This document shows, piece after piece, positions 29,134-39,884 of a stretch of DNA of 64,000 bases. A program made the position numbers and the translations under genes. Origin of the DNA: an uncultured Eubacteriales bacterium. GTDB lineage: Bacteria; Acidobacteriota; Aminicenantia; Aminicenantales; Aminicenantaceae. The stretch lies in assembly GCA_964584935.1 (NCBI GenBank), contig CAZPBN010000004.1, positions 6,507 to 70,506 of the forward strand. Reading direction: 5' to 3'. The notes below the pieces were generated by a model. The model was not told the origin of the DNA and ran no database searches. It saw only the letters and a list, made by a program, of their open reading frames with translations. Every line of letters starts with the position of its first letter. Position 1 is the stretch's first letter.

Positions 29134-29865
29134 ATGAAAAAAATCATATCATTGAGTATTTTAAGCATTTTTCTAGTTGGACTGATATCTTCCTCTGCTC
29201 TCTGTCAGAATGCCAAAGATATTATCGAAAAATTCATTGACGCTCAGGGGGGAAGAGAAGCTCTTGCTGCAGTCAAAGATTCAACTATTTCAGGTTCAAT
29301 GCAAATTATTCAAATGGGTATAGAGGGTCAAATAGCCATGTACCAGAAAGAACCTAATAAAATGCGGATGGAAATGGAATTTATGGGAATGACTCAAGTT
29401 CAAGCTTATGACGGAGAAACAGGATGGTATATCAATCCTCAAACAGGTGCTACTGAAGAAATGACAGATGAGATGGCAAGCGAAATAAGAAGAGATGCCA
29501 TAGGAAATTCAGCTCTGCTTTATCCAGAAAAATTCGGGATCACTTATGAATACAAAGGGACAGAAACCATCGAAGGTAAAGACTATCTTACTGTCGAACA
29601 GACCTTTGATGACGGCAATAAAGTAAGTATATACATTGATCCTGAATCATATCTTCTATATAAAACAAAAGGGAAATCGTTAAATCAAATGGGAGTTGAA
29701 GTGGAGACTGAATCCGTATTATCTGATTACAAAAAAGTTGAAGGAATAATGACTCCTCATTTAATCACCATATATCAAGACGGTGAAGAATTTTTAACAA
29801 TGGATATAACCGAAGTCGATTACAACACAGGACTTAAAGATTCATTTTTCAAGATGACAGAATAA
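29134..29865 (+). CDS. LolA-like outer-membrane lipoprotein-sorting family protein (periplasmic)
   Basis: GGAGGT RBS before the ATG at 29134. Signal peptide. Overall resemblance to the LolA-like family. The track start at 29119 is a TTG inside the RBS. Confidence 0.55.
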   Translation: MKKIISLSILSIFLVGLISSSALCQNAKDIIEKFIDAQGGREALAAVKDSTISGSMQIIQMGIEGQIAMYQKEPNKMRMEMEFMGMTQVQAYDGETGWYINPQTGATEEMTDEMASEIRRDAIGNSALLYPEKFGITYEYKGTETIEGKDYLTVEQTFDDGNKVSIYIDPESYLLYKTKGKSLNQMGVEVETESVLSDYKKVEGIMTPHLITIYQDGEEFLTMDITEVDYNTGLKDSFFKMTE

Positions 29866-29923
29866 ACAACAAGCTAAAAAAAACAGCAGAAAAAGATATT
29901 TTTTTCTCTTTTAGAAAAATATT

Positions 29924-30838
29924 CTATTTTGTTGCTTCTTCCAGAACACGGTACGCCAGCTTTAGAGCACGAAGGCCTTCTTCTCCGCTTACTTTATTGG
30001 TTTTTTTGCTCCGTATGCAGTTAAAAAAATTCTGGAGTTCTTTTTTTAAGGGCTCTTCTTTGGTAATTTTTAAAGATTTTATGGCTGTTTGTTGTCCATT
30101 TAAAGGAAAGACTTTAGTTTGCTGGTCTATATAATCAATCGAATAATAAGAAGTGGGTTCAAATATTCGAAGTTTTCTCACCTTGCCCTGATGAACCCGG
30201 CTGGCAGTCAGAGTCGCAATGCATCCAGAGGTGAATTCAATCCTTGCGTTCGCAATATCGATTTTATTTGACAGCACATGAATCCCGGATGATTTGATGG
30301 AATTTACCTCATCCTTGATCAAAGCAAGGATAATATCAAGGTCATGAATCATAAGGTCTAATACCACATCAATATCCAAAGACCTGGCTGAAAAAGAACC
30401 CAGCCGTTGAACCTCTATGAATTTTGGCTCTGAAATGACATTTTCTATGGCTTCCACAGCTGGATTAAATCGTTCCAAATGCCCGACTTGAAAAATCAAG
30501 TCTTTTTTCTTGGCAATTTCAACCAGTTCTTCTCCCTGTTCTATGGTCTCAGTTATGGGCTTTTCAACCAAAACCGATTTTCCTTCTTCTAACAATATTT
30601 TGGATATTGAAAAGTGTTCAGATGTTGGAGTTGCCACAATTCCAGCGTCTATCTCATCCAGCATCTCTTTATAATCCTGATAATATTTGACTCCATGACG
30701 ATTACCAATTTGAACCGCTTTCTTAAAATCAATATCCACCACTCCCTTCAATTCAGCATCTTCGAGATAAGACAATATACGAGCATGCTGCATTCCTAAA
30801 TATCCGACTCCGATAATCCCGACTTTTACTTTATCCAT
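29924..30838 (-). CDS. Gfo/Idh/MocA-family NAD(P)-dependent oxidoreductase
   Basis: N-terminal Rossmann motif VGIIGVGYLGMQHARIL and an EKP motif (VLVEKP). Confidence 0.85.
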   Translation of the reverse strand: MDKVKVGIIGVGYLGMQHARILSYLEDAELKGVVDIDFKKAVQIGNRHGVKYYQDYKEMLDEIDAGIVATPTSEHFSISKILLEEGKSVLVEKPITETIEQGEELVEIAKKKDLIFQVGHLERFNPAVEAIENVISEPKFIEVQRLGSFSARSLDIDVVLDLMIHDLDIILALIKDEVNSIKSSGIHVLSNKIDIANARIEFTSGCIATLTASRVHQGKVRKLRIFEPTSYYSIDYIDQQTKVFPLNGQQTAIKSLKITKEEPLKKELQNFFNCIRSKKTNKVSGEEGLRALKLAYRVLEEATK

Positions 30839-30884
30839 AACACACTATCCGTTTTGCCAGTCTATCATATTTCTATACTTTTAA

Positions 30885-31694
30885 TCATATATTTTTTGCC
30901 ACAATCAGAAGACCGTTCTTCTTTGCCAAAGAAACAGATTTCTCTTTTTGAAAAAATGGAATGGCTCCAGCCTCAAAGCAAAGAATCCTGCTTCCTGCCT
31001 TGATACAACTCCTCACAGTGTCCAAACCGATCACAGGCAAATCAATTCTTGGATCCTGGGCTGAACGACTGACTTTAACCACAACTGTCCCTTTGCCGGC
31101 CAACTGTCCTCCCCTTTTTATGGTTTCATTTGTTCCGTCAATCCCTTCCAAGGCTATAATAATTTTATTTTTTATGACAACTGTTTGTCCAATGTCTAAA
31201 TCAGCGATTTTTCTGGCAATCTTCATCCCAAAATCCAAATCTTCTTCTGTTTCTAAAGACATTTCACCTTCAGTCAGAATCCCTTCTCTGCAAAAACAAG
31301 GCTTTAAATAAGGAGAGGGATCAATGATCTTTAATCCCATTTTTTCAAGGAAAGAAAAAACAGAATGGATAATTGAAGCCGGTCTTTTATCCGGTGTGCT
31401 TTTAAGAAGATTCTTTGAAGTTGCTTTAAAAGAGTCCATACTAAAAACAACTCTCTGATCAATTTTCCCAGCAATGATTATTTCTTTAACCCTATTCTCA
31501 TTAAAAAACGAAATGAAACTTTGAACATCGCCAAGGGAAAAATCTTTGAATATGTCAGCCTTATCTTTTATACCGGATTCCACTTCTCCTTTTATCCCGG
31601 CAACAACAGCAATATGTCCTCTTTTTTTAACTTCATCTAAAATCAACAAAGGCATCTTTCCTGAAGCAGCAATAATCCCCATATGTTTTTTCAT
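30885..31694 (-). CDS. lpxI: LpxI-like UDP-2,3-diacylglucosamine hydrolase (DUF1009)
   Basis: N-terminus MGIIAASGKMPLLILDEVKKRGHIAVVAGIKGE and the C-terminal DLPVIGLDTV are typical of LpxI. Sits beside fabZ, skp and bamA. Confidence 0.6.
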   Translation of the reverse strand: MKKHMGIIAASGKMPLLILDEVKKRGHIAVVAGIKGEVESGIKDKADIFKDFSLGDVQSFISFFNENRVKEIIIAGKIDQRVVFSMDSFKATSKNLLKSTPDKRPASIIHSVFSFLEKMGLKIIDPSPYLKPCFCREGILTEGEMSLETEEDLDFGMKIARKIADLDIGQTVVIKNKIIIALEGIDGTNETIKRGGQLAGKGTVVVKVSRSAQDPRIDLPVIGLDTVRSCIKAGSRILCFEAGAIPFFQKEKSVSLAKKNGLLIVAKNI

Positions 31695-31917
31695 TGATAC
31701 AAACTTTAAGTGAAATTGACTGTTTTTACGAATACTCTCTGTTCAATTCAATCAAGCCATTATGAAAATAGATTATTTCTCTTACAGTCAACGGTGTCTT
31801 AAACTTATTATAATGGATTCTCCCGGCAAAAGCCTTTGATCATCTATGATAAAAAGTTAGTTTCCCATCTCCTTTGTTAACGGAAAAATTTGAATCAGGA
31901 TATAAACAACCCAAACA

Positions 31918-32400
31918 CTATTCCATTTTCTTAAATTCCTTCTCTTTGAAAAGAGACGCCATGATTTCTCCTTCTACAGCAATTTCTTCATCCACATAAG
32001 CGGCTCCTTTGAGATGACAAAATCTGTTCCTTAATTTTATCATTTCAACATTTAATTTGAGCTGATCGCCAGGAACAACAGGCTTTCGGAATTTCGCATA
32101 TTCAATCTTACTTAAAAAAACAATCTTCTCTTCAGGATCAGGAATGGAATGAAAAAGAAGAACTCCTCCTGTCTGGGCTAAAGCTTCAACAATAAGTACT
32201 CCAGGCATAACCTTCAATTTCGGGAAATGTCCTTGAAAAAATTGTTCGTTGTAAGTCACATTCTTTATTCCAGTGATAGACTTCCCCTTCTCCATTTCTA
32301 AAATTCTGTCTACCAATAAAAAAGGATATCGATGAGGAAGGAAATTAAATATATCCTCTATCTTCATAAAGGAATTTTTATTTGGATTTGACTGCATCAT
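31918..32400 (-). CDS. fabZ: 3-hydroxyacyl-ACP dehydratase FabZ
   Basis: Hot-dog fold motif HFPKLKVMPGVLIVEALAQ. About 160 aa. Confidence 0.9.
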   Translation of the reverse strand: MMQSNPNKNSFMKIEDIFNFLPHRYPFLLVDRILEMEKGKSITGIKNVTYNEQFFQGHFPKLKVMPGVLIVEALAQTGGVLLFHSIPDPEEKIVFLSKIEYAKFRKPVVPGDQLKLNVEMIKLRNRFCHLKGAAYVDEEIAVEGEIMASLFKEKEFKKME

Positions 32401-32899
32401 ATCGTTTGATTACTTCATCAGTGATATCAACTGCAGGATTGAAATAGACCACAGCTCCCTGCTTTGTGACATCAAAAATCACATCAAATTTTTTCTCTTT
32501 TCCCACTTGTTCCACAATGGGGAGCAATTCATTTTGAAGTCTATTAAACAGCCTGACTTGCAATTCATTAATTTCTCTTTGGGCATCTTCAGAAAGCCGC
32601 TTTCTCTCAGTCCGCTTTTTATCGAGATCCGAAGACAATGCCATCACAGCTTCCTGAGTTAAAGTGAGCCTCTGTGTGTTCAACTTAGTCTCTAATTTCT
32701 GAATTTCGTTGTCAATATTTGCAATTTTAGTTTGAAGCTCATTGTTTTTTTCCTGCAACCTCTGAATAACCCTCTTCCCTTCAATCGAATCTTCCAGCAC
32801 CTTCTGAGGATTGATCACTCCTATATTGTTTTCTTGTAGAGCCATACTTCCGGATGCAACGAGAACGGTTAAAATTGTCACTAAAAGAATTCTTCTCAT
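32378..32899 (-). CDS. skp: periplasmic chaperone Skp (OmpH)
   Basis: Signal peptide, coiled-coil-rich ~170-aa protein, immediately downstream of bamA. Confidence 0.75.
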   Translation of the reverse strand: MRRILLVTILTVLVASGSMALQENNIGVINPQKVLEDSIEGKRVIQRLQEKNNELQTKIANIDNEIQKLETKLNTQRLTLTQEAVMALSSDLDKKRTERKRLSEDAQREINELQVRLFNRLQNELLPIVEQVGKEKKFDVIFDVTKQGAVVYFNPAVDITDEVIKRYDAVKSK

Positions 32900-32950
32900 C
32901 TTTTCCTCCTTAAATAATAGAAATTCTTTTGTAAATATATTTATTCACAT

Positions 32951-35278
32951 TTAAAACGTAGTACCGATTGCAAAACGAAATGCAAAATTGGAATCACTCG
33001 CATATATCGTCGGATTATTATAAGAAAAAATCAACCTGAATGGAATTCTCAAAGCTGGCACGAATATTCTCACTTCCATTCCCAGAGAAGAATACATATT
33101 CTTAAAATCAACTTTTTCTTCCAGAGAATAGGCATTTCCCCTGTCATAAAAAAACACAAAATACAAGGGTCCTCCAGCCGGTATTATATATTCAACATTA
33201 AAAATAAAAGCTTTATCTCCTCCTATGTTTGTTCCTTGTTCGCTTCGAGGACCGATTGTATATATTTCATAACCTCTTATAGACCTTTCTCCACCTAGAT
33301 AAAATCTTTCCCAAAATGGAATTTCCGAATCCCCGATAGGTTGAATAAATCTGTATTCCCAATGTATTCCAAAAACATGGTTAGAAACAACGGGGTGATA
33401 AAATGTGAACTCAAACTGAGGTTTAACTAAGTCAATCTCACCGCCTAAAAATGAACCTGCGTATTTGCATGAAGCCATATACAACGTTCCTTTGGTTGGA
33501 GTCAATGGACTATCAATAGTGGATCTATAAAGCATGGGAGTTAAACTGCTTATCTTATAATTACCTAATCCAAACATGGAGTAATATATAGGATCAAAAT
33601 AGGTCATACCACTGTCTTCCTCATCTTCTTCATCTTCTCCAGGAAGGATTATATTGACATCTTCAAATGAATAGGTCAGATTGGTTCTCCAGTATCCAAT
33701 GATCCTAGCACCAAATTTCAAATCTATTCCATCACCTTTTCGTTCATACAGATAGGGCAAAATCAAATGGCGCTTATAGATATTAAAGCCTAAATTGATC
33801 GGTAAATCAAAAACATAAGGCTCTGAGAATCCAAACACATAGTTTTTAATTCTTTTTCCGTGCTGAAGCATCAATTCAAGTTTTTCGCCGGCTCCCAGGA
33901 AATTAACTGTTGAATAACTAACTCCCGCAAAAAGACCTTCATATCCGCTGTATCCAGCAGTAAACTGAATATTATTTCTTTGCAGTTCATTCACATTAAG
34001 GGTGATATCAACTTGAGAAGGATCTTTCGGATCTGGAGCCACTTCAGGTTCTCCTTCCAATTCAACCAGTCCTAACTGATTCATCCTTAACAAGCTATTC
34101 TTGAATAAGGAAAAATGAAATCTCATTCCTTCTCTTAATAGCATTTCCCGTCTTAAAACTTTATCTTTTGTGTAAGTGTTTCCTTTGAAATTAATCCGTC
34201 TGACATAGGCAACTTCACCTTCATAAATGTTATATACCAAATTCACTCTTTTCCTCTTGGGATCAAGATTCTCTCTGGGAACAACTTGAGCGTATATATA
34301 ACCGATATCACGATACGCATTTGAAATATCTTCGATACTCTGTTCTGTTATCTTGGTGTCATATATATCTCCTTTTTGAAATTCAATCAGGCTCCGCAGG
34401 AACTTTGTGGAAACAACCTCATTCCCTTCAATCTGGACACTTCCAATTCTATACCTATAGCCCGCCTCGACCGGTATATGAACCTCTTTCATTGTTTTCT
34501 TTTTTAAAAAAATGGTCCTCTTTGTAATTTCTTCTATTCTCGGATCTCCAACTTCCGCTTCCATATACCCATACTCATGAAATTTATTTTCTATATGTTT
34601 CAAATCCTCTTTGAGTTTATTCGGTTTAAAAACATCCTTTCCCAAAACCAAGGAAATCAATCCATGCTCCATATTCTCCTTCATGGCTTCTTTTAAATAG
34701 GCATCCGGAAGTTTGGACTTTCCTTCGAATATGATATCACTGATTTTTGTTTTTGTTCCCTCTTTAATATCAAAAACAATTTCAACTTCATTTTTCCTTT
34801 GTTCTTTCACATCAACTTCGATTTTTCCATCATGAAGTCCTTCTTCCAATAGCAATCCTTTGATTGTGCTTTTTATTTTATGGATTTTGGAAGGATTATA
34901 ATAAGAGTGAACACTGACATATTCATTTTTCTCTTTTAACTTATCCAAAATATCCTTTTCTTTCAGTTTTTTTCCCGTCTTATATTCGATTTTCTTAATA
35001 ACTGGATTTTCTTCAATGAATATTTTAATAATTTTCCCCTCAGGACTATCCTCTCCTTCAATTTTAATATTAGAAAAAAATCCTGTATCCCATAAAACCT
35101 TAAAATCATTCTTCAACCTAGATTCATTATAAAAATCCCCTTCTCTTGCAGAAATATAATAGAGGATTGTGTCCCTAGAAACACGCTCATTTCCTATGAT
35201 TTCGAGTTTTTCTATGATTTCCTGAGCGTTTAGAAACAACGGAATAAAAAGAATTAATATCAAGCTAATTTTTCTCAT
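32951..35278 (-). CDS. bamA: outer membrane protein assembly factor BamA
   Basis: Signal peptide, POTRA repeats, a C-terminal Omp85 barrel with the RGY loop-6 motif, and the terminal FAIGTTF. Confidence 0.9.
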   Translation of the reverse strand: MRKISLILILFIPLFLNAQEIIEKLEIIGNERVSRDTILYYISAREGDFYNESRLKNDFKVLWDTGFFSNIKIEGEDSPEGKIIKIFIEENPVIKKIEYKTGKKLKEKDILDKLKEKNEYVSVHSYYNPSKIHKIKSTIKGLLLEEGLHDGKIEVDVKEQRKNEVEIVFDIKEGTKTKISDIIFEGKSKLPDAYLKEAMKENMEHGLISLVLGKDVFKPNKLKEDLKHIENKFHEYGYMEAEVGDPRIEEITKRTIFLKKKTMKEVHIPVEAGYRYRIGSVQIEGNEVVSTKFLRSLIEFQKGDIYDTKITEQSIEDISNAYRDIGYIYAQVVPRENLDPKRKRVNLVYNIYEGEVAYVRRINFKGNTYTKDKVLRREMLLREGMRFHFSLFKNSLLRMNQLGLVELEGEPEVAPDPKDPSQVDITLNVNELQRNNIQFTAGYSGYEGLFAGVSYSTVNFLGAGEKLELMLQHGKRIKNYVFGFSEPYVFDLPINLGFNIYKRHLILPYLYERKGDGIDLKFGARIIGYWRTNLTYSFEDVNIILPGEDEEDEEDSGMTYFDPIYYSMFGLGNYKISSLTPMLYRSTIDSPLTPTKGTLYMASCKYAGSFLGGEIDLVKPQFEFTFYHPVVSNHVFGIHWEYRFIQPIGDSEIPFWERFYLGGERSIRGYEIYTIGPRSEQGTNIGGDKAFIFNVEYIIPAGGPLYFVFFYDRGNAYSLEEKVDFKNMYSSLGMEVRIFVPALRIPFRLIFSYNNPTIYASDSNFAFRFAIGTTF

Positions 35279-35464
35279 TTTATTTATCCTTATAACACAA
35301 TCTCATTTTTTTTTCAAAAAGAGCTCCAAATCTCTCTGGCTAATGACTTTATTTCTATTTTTTTGGTTCAACAGATATTGAACAATTGAAATCATTTCAC
35401 GCCAGTTGAATCTCAACAAGAAATCAATAACATTTTTTAATTATTATTTACGTTTATAAAAACT

Positions 35465-36151
35465 TTAATGAGAGGATAAAAGTTTCAAATTTCCTTTCTC
35501 CATTAAAAATATCTTTTTACAAAATTGTGCTACCTTTTCATTATGGGTCACGATTATGGAAGACAGTTTCTTCTTTCTGTGTAATTCCCGAATCATTTTT
35601 AATATCATCTCTCCTGTCTTCCAATCCAGATTCCCTGTTGGTTCATCAGCCAGTAGTAACCTTGGTTCATTGACTAAAGCCCGAGCAATGGCCACCCTCT
35701 GCTGTTCTCCTCCTGAAAGCTGAGAGGGCTTGCTATGAGCTTTTTCCTCTAAAAATACCTCTTTAAGGATTTCTCGGCCTTCTTCTTCAGCTTCCTTTTT
35801 CTCAAAGCGATTCATCAATAGAGGAAAAACGACATTCTCTAAAGCTGTGAATTCAGGAAGAAGATGGTAAAACTGGAACACAAATCCGATTTTTTTATTT
35901 CTAATCTTTGCAATCTTTTCATTATTTCGCATTAAGATATTTTCTCCTTCAAGAATTATTTTCCCTTTTGTCGGCCTGTCTAAAACCCCTAATAAATTAA
36001 GCAAAGTCGTTTTTCCGACTCCTGACATGCCCATGATGGCAACCAGTTCCCCTTCGTTCAATTGGAAATTGATTCCTTCGAACACACGCAACACTCCTTT
36101 AGGCAAAGGATATTCCTTACACAAATTTTCAACTTGTAATAAATTATTCAT
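35465..36151 (-). CDS. lolD: lipoprotein-releasing ABC transporter ATP-binding protein
   Basis: Walker [10 protein letters not shown], signature [15 protein letters not shown], Walker [12 protein letters not shown]. Overlaps the upstream FtsX-type permease gene by 8 nt. Confidence 0.85.
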   Translation of the reverse strand: MNNLLQVENLCKEYPLPKGVLRVFEGINFQLNEGELVAIMGMSGVGKTTLLNLLGVLDRPTKGKIILEGENILMRNNEKIAKIRNKKIGFVFQFYHLLPEFTALENVVFPLLMNRFEKKEAEEEGREILKEVFLEEKAHSKPSQLSGGEQQRVAIARALVNEPRLLLADEPTGNLDWKTGEMILKMIRELHRKKKLSSIIVTHNEKVAQFCKKIFLMEKGNLKLLSSH

Positions 36152-37370
36152 ATTTCAATGCCGTTACAGGATCAACCCTTGATGCTCGAAGAGCAGGAAA
36201 TAATGTTGAAAGTGACGTAATCAAAAGAGTGATCACTATAATGATAATTAAATCAAGAGGCTTGATATGAAAAGGAACATAAGCTATTTGATAAATATCG
36301 ACCGGTACTTTTATGAGTTGGAACGTGTTTGCCAAAAAGCACCATAACAAGCCCAGGAAAACACCGAATGCAGTTCCTATAACCCCAATCAATGCTCCCT
36401 GATGAAAAAATATTTGTTCTATACTATCAGGAGTCGCCCCCATCGCTATGAGAATTCCAATATCCTTGGTTTTCTCCATAACCATCAAAATGAGGGTAGC
36501 GATGATGTTTAAAGCAGCAACAAAAACAATCAGGGAAATGGTCAAAAACATAATATTTTTCTCCAATTTCAATGCTGAAAAAAGAGATTTATTCATCTCC
36601 ATCCATGTGGTCACAAATGCTGAAGGGGACACTATACCCTGAATCCTTCTCGCCACCTGTTGAGCTTTGAAAATATCATCAATCCTTATTTGAATAAGAT
36701 TCACACTTTCCTTGTATCCGAACAGCTCTTGAGCAGCACTTATGGAAATGAGAGCTGTTGAAGAATCAAACTCATACAATCCTGAGCTAAATAATCCGGA
36801 CACTTTAAACCTTTGAGTTTTTGGGAAAAGCCCGATGGGTGACAACCGGGATGAAGAAGATATTATAACAACAGAATCACCGACTCGGGCTCCTATAGAG
36901 GAGGCTAGTTCCCGTCCAATGACGATTCCCGCTTTTTCTCTTTCTTGTGTCTCCGGGAGAGTCCCTGATTCCAATTTTCTTAACCACTGAGCGTGTTTCT
37001 TTTCCAAATCAAAATCAACTCCTTTAAGCATAGCCCCTGAACTCCTGTAAGAACCTTTGACGAGCACAGTATCATAAACTACGGGAGATACAGATTCTAT
37101 ATCCTCATATTCTTCAATCTTTGAGGTTATGATTTCGTAGTCTTTAATCCCTTCGTGCGAAAATCCCTGGACCATTATATGAGAAGTGGCTCCCAGGATT
37201 TTATCCTGAACATCCTCTTGGAATCCTGTGATGAGAGCGATCGCAATAATAAGAGCCATAACCCCAATGGCAATACCTAAGACAGAAATGAAGGTGATAA
37301 CCGATATGAATGCCTGTTTTCGCTTTGCTGTCAGGTATCTTTTCGCTATAATAAATTCATATCTTCTCAT
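36144..37370 (-). CDS. lolC: LolC/LolE-type (MacB-like) ABC permease
   Basis: TM1, a large periplasmic domain, and an FtsX-type C-terminal 3-TM bundle. Coupled to lolD. Confidence 0.85.
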   Translation of the reverse strand: MRRYEFIIAKRYLTAKRKQAFISVITFISVLGIAIGVMALIIAIALITGFQEDVQDKILGATSHIMVQGFSHEGIKDYEIITSKIEEYEDIESVSPVVYDTVLVKGSYRSSGAMLKGVDFDLEKKHAQWLRKLESGTLPETQEREKAGIVIGRELASSIGARVGDSVVIISSSSRLSPIGLFPKTQRFKVSGLFSSGLYEFDSSTALISISAAQELFGYKESVNLIQIRIDDIFKAQQVARRIQGIVSPSAFVTTWMEMNKSLFSALKLEKNIMFLTISLIVFVAALNIIATLILMVMEKTKDIGILIAMGATPDSIEQIFFHQGALIGVIGTAFGVFLGLLWCFLANTFQLIKVPVDIYQIAYVPFHIKPLDLIIIIVITLLITSLSTLFPALRASRVDPVTALKYE

Positions 37371-37449
37371 AATAAACTCTTAATTAAATCGTTCTAAGTA
37401 AAAAATCAACAAAAAGATGACTTTGATTTTGTTATTCCTTCATTTCCGG

Positions 37450-38961
37450 TCAAGTTTTCGGCCGAAGCAAAGGAAAAAGGATAACTTCCCTAATTGAATG
37501 AACGTTAGCAAACATCATAACAAGCCGGTCTATTCCTATCCCCTCCCCTCCTGTAGGGGGTAGTCCATATTCCAAAGCCTGTATATAATCCTCATCTACC
37601 CGATGAGCATCTTTATCTCCTTTGTCCCTCTCCTTTGACTGCTGCTCAAATCGACTTCTCTGTTCTGAAGGATCGGATAATTCACTGAAAGCATTGGCAA
37701 TTTCCATACCTCCCATCACCAGTTCAAAACGCTCCGCCTCTTCAGGATTTTCATTAGATAACTTAGCCAGAGGAGAAATATCTTTGGGATGATTCAAAAT
37801 AAAAGTTGGCTGAATAAGGTTTTGTTTGACATATTTATCAAAAAGAACATCTAAAGCATTTCCATATGATAGACGCTGCTCCTCAGAGGTCAATGCTGAA
37901 GCCAATTTGCTCACTTCCTTTTCATCCTCTACTCTGGAAGTGCTGATTCCTGCAAAATGAGCCACAGCTTCTTTAAATTTCATTCTTTTCCATGGTCTTT
38001 TTAAAGAAATCTTATTTTCTCCAAAGGCTATTTCATCTTTGCCCATAGCCTCATGAACAAGGGAACTGATAAGTTCTTCGGTTAATTCCATCATGTCATT
38101 ATAATCACTGAATGCTTGATAAAATTCCAGCATAGTGAATTCAGGATTGTGTTCCGATGAAATGCCTTCATTTCGAAAATTCCTGTTAACTTCGTATACT
38201 TTTTCAAAACCTCCAACAATCAACCTCTTCAAATATAACTCTGGGGCGATTCTCAAATAAAGCTCCATACCTAGAGCATTATGGAATGTTTTGAAAGGTT
38301 TGGCTAAAGCTCCTCCTGGAATAGAATGCATCATGGGAGTTTCGACTTCTATAAATCCTCTATCATCAAAAAATTTCCTGATATAGGAAATTATCTGACT
38401 TCTTAATATAAAAACCTTTTTCACATCAGAGTTCATTATCATATCCAGATATCTTCTTCTGTACCGAATTTCCACATTTTGTAAACCATGCCATTTTTCA
38501 GGAAGGGGGTGGAGGCACTTTGCTAAAAATGTATAAGAATCAGCCAAAACTGTTAGTTCCCTGGTTCTTGTTTTAAACAGACCTCCCTGGACAGCAATGA
38601 TATCGCCAATATCCAAAAGAGAAAAAAGATCATATTTTTTCTTTCCAATTTTATCTTCCCGTAGATATATCTGAATCTGCAATTGACCGCCAATGATATG
38701 AAAAAATGTAGCCCTACCCATTTTACGGACAGAACTGATTCTTCCGGCAATTTTTACTCTTATTTTTTTTTCATCAAGCTCTTCTTTTGACAGGGAAGAA
38801 TAATTGTCAACCACATTGACTATGGAATGATCTATCTCAGCATTATGAGGAAATAATTCGACTCCCTCCTTAGCTAATCTTTCCATTTTTTCGCGCCTAA
38901 CAGATTCTTGATCAGAGAATCCTTCTTTAACTTCTTTGGAAATATTTCTCTTTTCAGACAT
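37450..38961 (-). CDS. lysS: lysyl-tRNA synthetase (class II)
   Basis: OB anticodon-binding N-domain and a class II catalytic core (motifs 2 and 3). C-terminus GGEGIGIDRLVMMFANVHSIREVILFP. Confidence 0.9.
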   Translation of the reverse strand: MSEKRNISKEVKEGFSDQESVRREKMERLAKEGVELFPHNAEIDHSIVNVVDNYSSLSKEELDEKKIRVKIAGRISSVRKMGRATFFHIIGGQLQIQIYLREDKIGKKKYDLFSLLDIGDIIAVQGGLFKTRTRELTVLADSYTFLAKCLHPLPEKWHGLQNVEIRYRRRYLDMIMNSDVKKVFILRSQIISYIRKFFDDRGFIEVETPMMHSIPGGALAKPFKTFHNALGMELYLRIAPELYLKRLIVGGFEKVYEVNRNFRNEGISSEHNPEFTMLEFYQAFSDYNDMMELTEELISSLVHEAMGKDEIAFGENKISLKRPWKRMKFKEAVAHFAGISTSRVEDEKEVSKLASALTSEEQRLSYGNALDVLFDKYVKQNLIQPTFILNHPKDISPLAKLSNENPEEAERFELVMGGMEIANAFSELSDPSEQRSRFEQQSKERDKGDKDAHRVDEDYIQALEYGLPPTGGEGIGIDRLVMMFANVHSIREVILFPLLRPKT

Positions 38962-39388
38962 TGTTTTGATCCTTAATCTTTTTCTTCTCTAAGTCTTTTC
39001 GAATTCGATCTAATATCCCATTTATAAATGTTGCTGCATTATCCGTGCTGTACTTCTTTGCAATCTCTATAGCTTCATTAATAACCACTGCTTGAGGAAC
39101 ATTTTTTTCGTATAAAAGTTCATAAACCGCCATTCGCAAAATATTACGGTCAACTATATTCATGCGAGGAAGCCTCCAATGGATAGAAGCGGACTCGATC
39201 ATTTCATCCACTTTCTTTTTATTGGATAGGATTCCGTCCACCAGCCAGTCACTATAATCTCTGATTCCTGGTGAAAACTTTCTTTGTTTCCAGTATTTCT
39301 CTTTTTCCTTCTTTAAATCGGAATCATGAAATTCTAACTGAAATAGAATCTGCAGTGTTAATTCTCTAGCCTTTCTCCGCTGTCCCAT
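38954..39388 (-). CDS. nusB: transcription antitermination factor NusB
   Basis: About 140-aa helical protein. Conserved ribH-nusB arrangement. Confidence 0.85.
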   Translation of the reverse strand: MGQRRKARELTLQILFQLEFHDSDLKKEKEKYWKQRKFSPGIRDYSDWLVDGILSNKKKVDEMIESASIHWRLPRMNIVDRNILRMAVYELLYEKNVPQAVVINEAIEIAKKYSTDNAATFINGILDRIRKDLEKKKIKDQNNV

Positions 39389-39402
39389 TAATCATATCAA
39401 CC

Positions 39403-39873
39403 TTAATCAAGAGTCGCTTCTCTTATTAAGTTCAAGGTTTCGACCACAGAAAACACAGCATCCCAACCTTTGTTTCCAGCTTTAGAGCCTGCCCGCTCAA
39501 TTCCTTGTTCAATGGTATCCACAGTTAAAATCCCATATGAAATAGGGATTCCATCATCAATAGCTACCTGGGCTAATCCCTTGGTCACTTCAGCGCTCAA
39601 AAAATCAAAATGAGGAGTGTCTCCTCTAATAAGGACACCCAAACAGACTATTCCATCGACATTTTTTTTTCTTGCTATCTTTTTTGCAAGAAGCGGAATC
39701 TCAAATGAACCTGGAACTTTATACACAAAGATATTCGATTCCTCCGCTTCAAGCTTATTAAGAGCATCTTTGGCTCCTTCCATTAATCTCTCAGAAATGA
39801 ATTGATTAAACCGGCTTAAAACAATTCCGATTTTCAAACCCTTTGCAGAAAGCTTTCCCTCATATATGTTCAT
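39403..39873 (-). CDS. ribH: 6,7-dimethyl-8-ribityllumazine synthase
   Basis: 156 aa. Conserved motifs [12 protein letters not shown] and [11 protein letters not shown]. Confidence 0.9.
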   Translation of the reverse strand: MNIYEGKLSAKGLKIGIVLSRFNQFISERLMEGAKDALNKLEAEESNIFVYKVPGSFEIPLLAKKIARKKNVDGIVCLGVLIRGDTPHFDFLSAEVTKGLAQVAIDDGIPISYGILTVDTIEQGIERAGSKAGNKGWDAVFSVVETLNLIREATLD

Positions 39874-39884
39874 GTTTCACTCCT

